Of a stretch of 64,000 nucleotides of DNA, positions 13,179 through 25,773 are shown piece after piece. The notes beneath the pieces were generated by a model. That model was not told the DNA's origin, did no database searches, and worked only from the letters and a program-made list of their open reading frames with translations. Every line of letters starts with the position of its first letter. The first letter of the stretch is position 1. Source of the stretch: Blasia pusilla (Eukaryota); assembly GCA_050084515.1 (NCBI GenBank), contig CM114271.1, positions 31,124,001 through 31,188,000 on the forward strand, in the 5' to 3' direction. The translations under genes were made by a program, and so were the position numbers.

Positions 13179-15415
13179 CAACTCTAGAAAATTGCAGATC
13201 TTGATGGTTTCACCTTCTTATATATTTAACTACTAGTGTTCGTTCCATATCTTTCTTCATTGTGAAGTGCTTGTATCTTGAGTCTTTGCACAAAGTACCT
13301 CTATAGTCTTTGCATGAAATATAACAATACAAACTACTTCAAAGAGTCAATCTCCTTGAAGTGTCTTCATAAAGACAATCTTTCTTCATCTTCAGAAAAA
13401 ATCCTCATTTTGTATCCCTCTAGGAAGTTGAGAGTCTAGCTTCGTCCTTGTTTAGATATCTTCTTCCCATCCTCGATATTCATTCTCATTACCTAATTAT
13501 TAACAACGTTTCAAATTCCCCTCGTACTTTACTTCTTTGATGTACATCTTACAATAATGATCTAATTTCCTTCTTCCTAAGTGATCCCTAAATTCACAAA
13601 CTCTCTACTTTCATGATCCTCTAATGTTAAAATTTGAAAATGAGTAAGTATTACACCTATTGTCCTGGTGTGGGAGGCAAGGATGTCATCACGAGTTTTA
13701 ACAACTTACGTGAGCTAGTGAGGAGTGTGGAAGGATCAAGTTGAGTTGAATTGCTTCAATGTGTGAGGCAAGGTTTTAAATTATTGGAACATTCTTGTAG
13801 GATTTGGAAGGATGGGGCAATTTAAGTAGTAGTGGAGGATTGAGTCATAGGATGGAATGAAGCATTGAGGGGTTTCAAGTAACCCAAGCGTCCATATGTG
13901 GCTCCATTATCATCATTGGATAATTAGACTAATCATGAGATAAGAGTGTCATGTGGAGAGACATAAATAACATGGGCCATAGTGTCATGGAATACTCCGA
14001 TGAACCATTCATACATGTTGTTACCTCATCTATCCCAACCTGCACTAGCAAGTTAATGGTCAATTCCCAAAAAGGAAATTCAGAAAGCCTGAAAATAGTG
14101 AACTTACCTGAAATACTAAATTCATAAAATGAGCCCAAAAATGGGTAACATGTGCACACATGTTAAATTACTCATGAGTAGGTCATCCTCGACCACCCAA
14201 AATTGAACTACAACCTTCTCGTATATGCCGTGGGAATACTCTTTGTTCCGTAACAAAATATCTGTCATATAAGACATGGGACGTGATTTAATTCTTTCAT
14301 GGCAGGCTTTGCTCTAGCATTTGGAATCTTGGAGGAATCTCCTAGGGATGATTTCTGCGAGTTCTTGCTTTTACATATGGTAGAGATCAATGCTTGTATG
14401 GTGTATTGGGTAATTTGGGTTCTATGTAGGATGAAGATCCAAGTTATGACGTGTATTAGGGATTAGCCGCAAGGACTATAGATGCATGTTTCTAAAAGCA
14501 CATATGGAGGGATTTCCAATATTTTGTTGAACTCTAATTATTACTTAACGTGAAAAACTGAGTTCAGACTATGTATATGGAGGAGGAGGAGGACTATGAC
14601 CTTGGAGGAGGAGGACTATGGCGGAGGAGATGGAGGGACGTATAGAATTTTGCTTGTAACTATTTTCATGGTGATCCAATCTTTTCAATCTAAGGCCCAA
14701 TTGTGTTCATCTTCTCAAGCTTGAACTTTGGGTTCTTCTTTTTTACATTTAAGATTGAGTTTTCCAAAGTTCTTAGGATCTTTGGACCTCCTTCTCTCCT
14801 AAATGTGCTTATAGATTCCTATACGCAATCTTAAACATAGCGCTCTCCTTATAGAGTGATACTGGGTTACCATCGGCTTAAGGGATTCCTCTTGCTTTTC
14901 TGGATCTTTTGATACGGGCTGGGCCCAACATTACGAACTCATTCCCTCATAGCCGTCATTGGTGGGTGGCTCACTTACTCCTCACATCCTCTTTTTTGGT
15001 GTTTCCAATTTCTTTCATAACTTTCTTCTGGAATGTCGGTTTTGGACGGTTTTGGGCTTGTTTTGATCGTCTTGACAAACTCGTTCTTTTGATATCAAGT
15101 AGGTTTTCTAGTTTTTCTTCCTTCTTTGTAGGCGCCTATTTTTTTGTACGGGTTTGTTTTAGATCAATTCCTCCCAAAAGTCTTCCTTGCTCTTCCAACT
15201 CCTTACTTTACTGTTTCGCCCCTACATACGTTTGCCATCTCCTTAAGGACATTAGAAATTCATATTCTTGAGCTATCTCTTCCGATACCATATAGATCAC
15301 TTTTCTTTTTCAATTGCTTTTTATATTTTTCTTATAGTAACTTTCAATCATAAATTTGGTCTTGCCTAATCTTCATCTCTCCATCTAAATTTCTTTTGGA
15401 CAGATTCCACTACTT

Positions 15416-18400
15416 TTGCTTTGCTCGTTATCCTCATGCTTTCTCCAAACCACGTTTCATATGTCTTTTCGTGTCTTTGATGATTTGGCTATCTATATGT
15501 CATCAGAGATGGAGTTGGATTCTCCATCTACTTGCTTATCTGGTTTTACACGCCCTCCTACAGCCGTAACCTCTCCCCTTGGTTCACCTCCTCATCGTAG
15601 ATCTCGCCATTTTCCTCCAGATGCTAATACACCCATTACACTCACTACATTTCTTCCAGATTCTCCTCTTCTCCCTTCTTTGCCTTGTCTTATTGAGCCT
15701 AATCTTGATCCATTATTACCAAATCCTTCTACTTTGCCATCCCCACATATCTCATCTATGCCCTTGCTTCCAACTCCCATCTATTCTACCCAAATCTCCC
15801 CTCTTCCTCCTCCTCCTTCCCCAACCTACTTACCCCCTCATCGTCGGCCATCACCACCTCTTGCACCTCCTACCTCCTCTCCTTGTAACCCTTCTACTTC
15901 TCCATTCGTACCAAAGGTTCATTGCATACCTTGTGGTAAGGAGTTTGCTCCTAATGGGATCAAAAGACATCAGCGGTATTGTCGATCCATACATGGGCCT
16001 TCAATCCCTAACCCGATACCACCTCCTACTGCACTCCCCACAACAACTGCTTGGACCTGGTTAAGCCAAATTGATATCCTTCGCTCTTTCCATCCAGGTC
16101 TTCCTCGTCCTAGACTCTACACTCGCATTCCTATTGCTCTTCGCCCCATCACCCAACAAGCTTTGTTTTTCCCATTAGAAAGGTTAGCGCGTGACCCCAC
16201 AGATATAAATTCTTCGTATCTCCTATTACTCTTCCCACAATGGGTTTTAGTCCTCCCTCCAAGGGGTGGTGCAACGGGTCATCGTGAAATCTCCACACGT
16301 ATTCAACGCTTTATGTTTGGGGATTGGGAGAATCTTCAGAATGAGCATGTACTTCGAGCAGAGGCCTTAGCTGCGGCTCATCCCACTAAACATGCCAATC
16401 ATGGAAGGCCTTCAATACAACAACGCCTTCGACGAAGTCTACTTTTGGGGCAGGTTGGTGAGTTTTCACGTGCAGCTCGAGCATTGGGTCCTCTTTCTTG
16501 GGCGGTTCCAAGTGCGGAAACAGTGGCTCTCTTAGAAGCTCTTCATCCTCCTTCAAGTGGCGATGCTCCATCTTTTGTGGAAGACTATACAACAGACCTT
16601 GACTTGGAGCTTGACTTGGAGGTTTTCACAAGGGCTTTTCTACATACGCCTCGCTTATCAGCAAGCGGGCTATCAGGGATGGGTTTTGAGCATCTTCGCG
16701 ATTGCTTTATCCGAGCAGATTCAGCAAGTGGTTTTGTCTCTCTATATAAGGTGTGTGTACATATGGCGGCAGGTCGTCTCCCATTCTCTATCTCTAGGCT
16801 CTTAGGGGCTTGTCGTTTGTTGGCTATGGATAAGCCTCCTTCAGGTGTGCGCCCTTTGGCTATTGGAGAGGTTTTATACCGCTTGGTTAGTCGATCCCTA
16901 TGCTTGCAATTTCGTCCTTACTTTAGTGCCCACTTATTTCCTCATAAATTTGGAGTGGCAACTTCTGGAGGTTGTGAGGCTGTGGTGCATGGGATTCGCT
17001 CCACTCTTGATATTCATCTAGATTGGGTAGCAATTCAAGTCGATGTGGCTAACGCATTCAATTCAGTTTCTCGTGCGGCCATCTTTGAGGAGTTACGTTG
17101 TGCAAGAGGAAAACTTGTGAGCCTCATTCTATTTGTTCGCTCCTTCTATGCCTATGATACGCCCATTATCTATTCCCATCATGCTACTTCTGGGGAATAT
17201 AGTATTCTACAATCGGCTTGTGGCACACGTCAAGGTGATCCCATGGGTGGCCCACTCTTTGCCACTGCCCATTTTCGTGCCCTTCGAGCATCAGCGGAAG
17301 CATTTCCATCTTGTCTTTTCCCGTCTATTGCTGATGACACTCACATTATAGGTCCTCCTTTTGAAGTGGTTCTTGCTTGTGCCCATTTCGTGGAGCAACT
17401 CTCTTTATTAAACCTTAAAGTCCAACCTAGTAAATGTGGAGTATGGTCTCTTTCATGCCTTCCCTCAACGTTCATCCCACCTACTCCTGATTTTCCCATC
17501 TACATTGAAGGGGTTAGAGTTCTTGGGGTCCCAATTGGCTTCATCGCCTATGTCTCAAAGTTCTTGGACGAGGCCCTTTTGAAAGACGTGGAATGGCTTC
17601 ATTTGTTACCTCATCTAGGGGATCCCAAGTGGCTTATGGGATTCTCTCCCAATATTTTCTATGACGTCCTTCCTACCTTCTTCGCACTTTTCCTCCCACT
17701 TCAAAGTTCTTACATTGGTTGGCCTCTTTTGATGCTTCTATCTTGGCAACTTTTGGTCAACTTCTTGGCCCGAATACCTTTGAGGGAGAGGATGGTGTCT
17801 TTGCTTCACGAAAAACTATCTTGCCTATTTCTTTTGGAGGGGTGGGACTGTCCTCCACAGTCGCATCTGCTCCCGCAGTCTTTTTGGGGAATTGGGCGTT
17901 GGTAGCACCGATTATGGCTTCAAGGTTTCTCCAAGGAGATACACCTATCTTGATGGATCATATCGCCCATGTAGAGGAGGGGGACTTGTTATTTCAACAA
18001 CAATTGAGATCTGCACGAGCTCTTCTTCCTCTTGCTACACAAGCAATTCTACCCCCTTTCAGTCAACTAATGACGGAAGGGCTTGATCGACTTCAAGAGC
18101 ATATCTCCGAGAATCTGCATCAAATCAGCTTTTCCAGCATTCTCTCCGAGGCATCCTCTGACGCTAATCGAGCTCGCCTACGTTCATGTGCGGGTACTGG
18201 AGCGGGGGCGTGGTTATTGCAAATCCTCTTATTCTTCCATTTCGTCTTCCTCGAAGTATATTCTCGACAACTTTGCTGTTATGTCTTGGACTTCCCCATC
18301 CTTCTCTCTTAGGTGTGCCGAATTGTGTATGCGGGGATCCCATTGATGCCAAGGGTATCCATATTCTCTGATGTGCACATGGTGGAGAACGAACGACCAC

Positions 18401-19107
18401 ACATGATGTCATTAGAGAGGCGGTAGCATCGGTGGCTCATCTTTGCAGATACACCGTTGGGCAAGAGCAACTCCACATCCTACCTTCAACCACACAAGCA
18501 ACCTCTCTCGAGAGTGGATCTTGTTATGTCTCGAGGTGGATTCGGACACTAGGTGATGTGGTGGTTCTTTGATCCAACATGTTGTGACTTGGTGTGTCGA
18601 GCAGCACATACCAAAGGCTTGGCGGCCGAAGCTGCAGCAAGAATCAAGGAGTTAAGTTATGTTGTGAGACATGCGACTGATGGATTTATTCCTTTTGCAG
18701 TGGAAGTATTCGGTCATTTACATGTGTGTTTTGATACTTTCCTGAAAACATGTGCTCACCACTCCCTCGAGAATCATCGCCTTGCCCCTTCCCGTAGTCC
18801 TTCTCTCTCGGTAGTTACTATTTATTTTCGGCAATGCATCTTAGTGGCCTTACAACGTGCACAAGCCTTGGCATTGATACGTCGTGCGGAGGTGATGGGG
18901 GGTCGCTCGCCTCGTCGTCCATTCACGTCTGACCAACCACTCGTGTTCTTGTCAGATTTGTTTCAGGCTATCAATCGTGTAGCTCGTTGAGGCCGTGTTT
19001 GCGTTGGCTTGTTGCCATTTTCTTTTTGCGTTCTTGTATGCATTTTTTGACTCCTCTTTTGAGTTATTACCTATCTTTGTCCTCTTATGAGGTTTATTTT
19101 ATAATAA
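15416..19107 (+). mobile_element. CRE-like (R2 group) non-LTR retrotransposon: zinc finger, RT, CCHC motif, restriction-like endonuclease; frameshifted
   Basis: CIPCGKEFAPNGIKRHQRYC zinc finger; RT motifs GVRPLAIGE, QVDVANAFNSVSR, GTRQGDPMGG, IADDTHI; CVCGDPIDAKGIHIL*CAHGGERTTTHDVIR; RVDLV...AARIKELSY...FIPFAVEVFG. Frameshifts near 17630, 18220 and 18420-18550; AATAAA at 19102. 5' boundary not determined. Confidence 0.85.
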
Positions 19108-22100
19108 AGTGGATGTAGTCTATTTATGTCCTCTACTAATTCATACCCCACCGGCCATCAGACTAATCTTATGTTAAATGTTGGAATGATCACTAAATGT
19201 TGTAGTAATTTTAGGGAAGACACTCATTAAGGTAGATTTCTCATAATCACTTCTCGATGACATGTGTTGACTCATAAGGAGGGACGAATGAGTCACCAAG
19301 ACTCATGGGAGAGGAGGAGGGAAGTGACCAGTAATCTACAAGGAACGAGGCAACGAAGGCTCTTTTGGGAATGAAAGCACTTAAAGAAGTGAAGCCTTCT
19401 AAAATAAGAAAAGATCTCGAAAAGGGGTTTTCTGCAACGTAGTATCACATGTACTAAAGCATACTTTTGAACTTTCATCCCGAGGCGGTTGCAAGGTGGG
19501 GAACATGCAGAAGAAATGTTTATACGACACGAGAACTTTATGAATGAACATGGGGAAAACTGAAACTAATTCTCATTATTACTTCATACTTCATGCCAAC
19601 CGCTGTGCTTTTTCCGAGACGCAGGGCAGCCAATCCCTCAATAATGAGCCACTTATCAGTATATTTTATGTCCATGCGAACCAAACAGGCATCAGGGTGT
19701 TTGCACCGTGCAATCGACTACAGTGGCTGGCGATGGGTAATGGCCCTGAAAACCTCTGTGAATCATTGCCGCTGGCCACGCCTAGCTCAGCTTTTTAGAA
19801 TCCTCCACAGGTTTTGGGATAGAAATTTGTCGGTTTGGTGGACAATATCGATGGACTGAAGTCAGTGTCTACTCATGCACGTCAAGAGTGCCAGTAACTG
19901 CAGGGAACGGTCACCCGTGGATGCCGATCTGTTCAAAATGAAAGTCCTACTAGCACACAAAACTTTGCGTAGCTTGATCTCTGTCTGATTCATCTTTTAC
20001 TCAATCTAGTTTATTGAGTGTGGATCAGAAATTTCTCAGAACCCCAAATTCATCTTTGAAACAAAGCAGAATTGTCGAGGTAACGAATCGTAAAACTGGG
20101 ATTTGGTCAAAGAAGAGGCAGATGCTCTCCGCCCGATCAAGCACATCGATCGGACTGCCTCTGTGGCCTTGCAAAACCTCTACCTGATACTAAGGGGACA
20201 AAGATGCTGTCGATAAACTTGCAACAACTGTTGAAATCTCGGCCTAGTGTCCTACAGATGCTATTTGCTTGCATTTGACCAAACATGTGTTTACCGTTGA
20301 TTGTTATGCTGTCTTCTGGAGAATACTTTTCATCAATCCAGATATTTTTCACCTTCCAGAAATATCTTCGTGGCATTTTTGTTTCTGGCAGGGTACATAT
20401 TGTAGTGAGACTGAGCTTGCAAAAGAAATGTATATGACCTTCGTTTACACGCGCTGGAAATTTCAATGAATTCGTTTGAATACTACATCCATCGGCTCCC
20501 TGGGACTTAACTGAATCTGCTCGTGTCATAAACAACTTATAATATTCTCATAGTTGCAATTTAGCTGCTACAGAACTTCTAGAATTTAGAGCGATGGAAT
20601 TGACTCTGGAGGGTTGGAACTGAAGTATGAAACACGATGCACCACCATTCAGGGACTGATCGTTGTGTACTGTCAACTCGTCTCTTGGCTGTTACGTGCT
20701 GAAGCTGCCAGAATAGTTTGACTTTCACCAAAAGTGTAGGGATATTCTTCTCCTGTACGGCAGGAAATTGCTTGAACTTTGAACCACTGTCGTGAGAACC
20801 ATGTCGCGGCCACTGCGGACACAAAGCTTTAGACCCTTCTGATCGGGGCCGGTTCGCTCGCTATCTACGTTGTACCACGTAAACGTTTCTCAGGGGCAAG
20901 TCTATTGAGCCTTCTACTGGATCCGCTCATTAGTTTTCACTCGTGCTTACTAATGCATAGCAAGCTTAACGAACTGATCAATATGATGGTGTCTCAATGA
21001 GGACACTCAATCTAGGACATTGTGAGATATTTCGTAAGACATAGCTAGGATTGAATTTTCTAAGGGACATGAGAATTCAAGATATTGAATCGTTGAATTT
21101 AATGTGAAGTCGACGATATTCTTCACTTGTACAATGGAGAGTTGACAACTTTCTCTTTGAGAAGTAGATTTAGCACGTCCAACCCGTGCTCCCGTTCGCG
21201 TTCCGCTTCACTCCTTTCTGAAATAGAATCTGAGAGGGTTACGCAGAAACCAGGAGAGCCTGCGTTGGTGGAGATGATGAGATCACGAGAACAATGCTGC
21301 TTTAGCTTTACTGACATCGTGAGTAATTAGCCTGTGTTTGCATTTCACACTCCTTGTTCGGATGGTCCCAAAGTAAGCTGAGATTGACTGGAACGTGGCG
21401 TGACTTTACTCTGAATCTGTTATAATGTTACCTCCTGCCAGCAGTATACGCAGACTGCAGAAGGCTACTAATTTCCTCAACTGCCATAAAGTGTTTATTC
21501 ATCGCATAATTCTTCAAACTGCCATTAAACATTGGACGACTGAGTGAACTTCAAAATTCCCTCAACCCATCCCTCCCCAATCCCCATACCTGCTCACGCT
21601 CCCATGTCAGGACCAACTTAGGGTTTGGCTGCGAATCTATTAAGCAAACACCGAGGGTTACTAAAAGTAGGAAGATAAAAGGGTACTTTCTGGAGTGCTT
21701 CTATATGAAGTGAAGCACTGGAAAAAGTTCGACGGCAGTTTGGCCTCTGGGTGGGAGTAAAGTGGGGAAGGGGAAAAATATACTTCTAAAGAAGTGAAGC
21801 ATCCCACTTTCGAAAAGAGGAGGTGAGTAAGTGGATCATGCGCTCGGTTCGTGTGTCTCGGTTCATGGAGAACCTCTACAGAGTGGGGGACATTTACCAC
21901 TGAACATGGAGATTCCCACCTTCCACACAAAAGTTCCCTCTAACTTTGGTCTGTGGTCTTTGGTTACATCCACGAAAGGTAACTATGTCGGCAGATAAGC
22001 TAACCTTGGGCTCGTAGCCTCGCAGTAAGCAATTTGGAAGGTAAATACGTAAGTGAAACTCCTAAAATTTACGAATCTTGTGGGTATGGAAGTGAATGAG

Positions 22101-25100
22101 CCAAATTACTGAATTGCTCGGAGTTGAAGGAGTTGGAGGCGTTGGGAGGTGTGAAATTGAAGTTGCTAGTGGGTAAATCTGGTTTGAAAAGCTGTTTTCA
22201 ACCGGGTACTCTCTTGCTACTGTATGTTACCATTTCCTAATTGTGTGTGATTGTTACCAACAGCTTGCTAGGACCTGGAAACATAACGATGAACTTGCTA
22301 GGACCTGATGGCATTGCAGGAAAGGAATCATCGAGCTCTTCAATAGCCACCCCCAAACATTGCTGCACCTGTTCTTGTTCTTGGAGCGTCGAAATCAGCT
22401 CTCCACCCAACCCCACAAACCACGGGGCTCAGTGTAGCCTCAGCAGTCATCGCCATTACTCCTCGGAATTAGCCGCGCCTACGGTAGACATCCCCCATCA
22501 AACCGCTCAAAATTAATTTCCATCTCTTTCCCTCCAAACGACGAGAAATTCATCACACGCAGCAGCAGATGACGTTTAGGGATCTACTGGACTCTCGCTC
22601 GGTCTTGGTTGCCGGAGACAGCGCTCTCTTCTGTCAAAATGTACCGAGGCACGACCAGAAGAAGAGTCACCAGACTTGCCACAAGATGAGAAATTCCTCT
22701 CATGCCGTGGGATCCGCAAGTGAGGGGGGATCCAACCTTAATTCGCTTGCTCTATACACCACTGCCTTCTTGTCCTGATGCATTCACAGACTCTCTCTCT
22801 CCCTCTCCAATTTCGTTCGAGATTCGCGTGCTGCAATGGCGAACGAGCCCGTGCTATATCCATGAAATACACCTTGTTTCTATTTTGAATTCAGTGGAAG
22901 GAGGTTATGCTGTAGAAATCGCCAAACCTTTACGGGTTTCAATACTACAAGTTGAGGTAGCGTACTGAGACCAGATCATATATAAGACCGCAAAAGCGCC
23001 TGCAATCTTCCTGTCGATCGGGGCTTTGGTGGTGAAAGCCTTATTTGCCAAGCGAGTGCCAAAAAAATTTCACTTTCCAAGATATCACTACTGGCGATAA
23101 AATCCATTTCATACCTTGATATCCTCGTAAGACTCAAACCTTGTTTTCCTTTAGGGGTGTCTAGCGGTAGCTTGAACAGGAATGAACCCATTTTGATTTT
23201 TTTGAAGATGGAGGAGATCAACTCCCGCTCTAAAGAAAAGAGACGGAGTATTTACCTCAATAGCGTCCTCATGAAGGCCTCATGCACAGGAGGCGGAAAT
23301 ATGCTCCGGCGTGAAGAGCAATCCGCGGACTCCGAAGTTAGTGAAATTGTCTCTCATGATTTATCTTACGATAGTGACAGCAGTCGATACATGTATCTCA
23401 ATGGCCCTAGGGAGAAACAATGAAGACCTAGGTAGGCTGCTTTGTGTCTTTGATTCAGAACCCAAGATCGATATAGTTTGAGGTGATCAACAGAACTATT
23501 TCTGTTATTGCTTCATTCGCGTGTGCAATGTACATCCGCCCCTCTGCTTCTCTACACAAGCGTCGTTGAGTCGAACTTATGACCTCTATCGAGGTTGCAT
23601 CTAACAACCCTGAATCCACGGTACTATTGTAGTAAGGGCTTCCCAAATTCTGGGGCTGCAGACCGGGAAACTCATGCTCGAGCTGTTTTGTTAGTGCCAT
23701 CTTGTTTAGGCCCTGCGCTGCTGCGTCCAAAACTCACACGAGAGGTTTCGCACACTTGTTTCCAATTTCTTTCATTGCCGATTTGGTAGATTAGACGGTG
23801 GCTCGAACAAATTTAAGAAACACCAATACAAGTGTGCGAAGACGGTCGCAATCATGACTATGCTTCGTATGTTTAGGTGAGGAATCCTGCTGTAATTACG
23901 AAAGGACCTAGTGGTTTGATAATGCTTACAGCTTGTGACTGAAGATGACAGATTGATTAGGGGTCAACGAAGATGAAGGTTCTACTTTCCCTTCATGATT
24001 ACTAGATTGAATGGCATACCGATAGAATGTTCCCTTCGCTGGACACACTTTTTACTTTGCGTTAGCCTGTTGGTGGAAGCTAGGATCTCTGGCCCTGGAT
24101 TATGCATCGATGAGTATGGTGTTAGACAGACTTGAATTTCTAACTTGCCTAAGTTTGAGAACTCCAACAAGTATTCTCACTTTGGTGACTTCTTATCTTC
24201 TCATCTACACATTGATTTTTTGATTGCAACGCCTCTAGATATGGAAGTTAGGTGGAAGTTTATTGCGAACAAAATAGCTTTCGATCAGGAGGGCAAATTG
24301 TACATAAAGTTCTGGATACTTTATCTATCCACCTGTTTGGAACATCCCTTCTTGATTTACAAATAACTCTTTGGTGGACATGGGGCAACAAGAAAGTGTT
24401 TTCCTCTCTAGGGGCAGCAAGAAAACGATTTCTGGTCACTCCCGTGCATGGCACGGGCTCCTCCGTAGTAGTAATTATGTGTGTTCTAAGGAATTCAATG
24501 AATAATGGAGGAGTTTTTAAACTTGGTAGCACTAATTTTAAATTTTGAAATAGCTTTATATTCTATATTTAGTTGGATTATCATTTCTATTTAAATTTAT
24601 GTTTGTTATTGGAAATTTGACATCCATTTTTTATTTGGAGCCAATCATATTGCATGTATAGAGTGACCCTAAGTTGTATCATGCAAACTCCCTCAACATG
24701 ATGCAAAAGCATGTACTTGCCAGAACAATCGTAATGAATGGGAGTCCAAAATAATTGGTAGAGAGAGATGAGGAGCACATATTCTTTCTATCTTGATTGC
24801 ATAGAAAACAAAATTTATTTGATGTGGATCCTAATCTTTCCACTCCTACTGCAAATGTTTACAATGAGGTTGATGAGCTCAGGGAAGTTGGGAGTGTTGG
24901 ATTCTCAACATCCACTTCTCTCACTTAATCTGATCGGCCCCTTTGTATGAGGAGAAACCTAGATTGATGGTTCTGACTTAGACGTCGAAGGAGTCATAGT
25001 AATATGATGTAGGTGGTTTATGGAGTAGTGTTATTAGGATTATATAACCCTATGTTGCATCAGGGTGCGAGGCACCCTGATGCATCGAGGGGGTCCAAGG

Positions 25101-25446
25101 GCACAGCCCCTGGAAAAAATTATATAAATAGAAACTAAGAAAACTAGGTAAAAAACCCTAGTTTCCCGGGTAGTGAGATAGTCGGGAGCCGTAGCGGTAG
25201 CGTATTCTCGTATGTCAAGTTATCTCCATGTCCGAGTTCCATCAAAGCTCTTTTGTGAGCGCACGGACGGACTACGCCACTTTGTATCTCCAAGATTTGT
25301 AATACATTTCAGTGATTTTTTCACATTGTGTTTTCTCACAGAGAGAGGTAAGGGAACTGTGGGTACTTTCAATAGTGATGAAAGATATTCTATATAGATA
25401 TCTGCCTTGATCTTGTAGAACATGAACATACAAAATATTCCTCCAT

Positions 25447-25773
25447 TGCACATGGACAAATTCCGTGGCCGTGGACTTATGTCCGTCCTCTAGACTGACA
25501 TGTCTGTGATGGCTAGGGTACCCGTACCTGAGCCCGCCGCATAGACCCGGGATGATGGAGCCCGCACCTATTGCATGGCCCGCCAAGGCCCGTAACCAGG
25601 CCAATATGACAGGCTTGGCCCTCATTGGGCGGGCTCACGGCCCGCTTGGGTTACGAGCCCTCAACCAGTGCAGCATGCAAGCTCCGTTAGTACGGGTCTA
25701 CGCGACGGGCTCTAAGCCGGCTCGTGTGTGGACCAGGCATGTCCGTGGACATGTTCGTTTCCGCGCAACCTTG
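25447..25773. mobile_element. Diverged relative of the hAT MITE family with a GC-rich interior
   Basis: Shares subterminal tgcacatggacaaa..ccgtggacttatgtcc and the right end GCAACCTTG. Left TIR appears clipped; flanks tcctccat / ccctctat match 6 of 8. Confidence 0.6.

Noticed and set aside
13180-14900. Possibly degraded retroelement sequence
   Set aside because: No diagnostic motif could be read in any frame.
21853-21912. Imperfect hairpin, possible miRNA precursor
   Set aside because: The stem is short and bulged, and I recognised no conserved plant miRNA sequence.
19300-24600. Numerous short ORFs, e.g. 23455-23730, in unique-looking sequence
   Set aside because: No recognisable domain or consistent splice chain; a gene here can be neither supported nor excluded.
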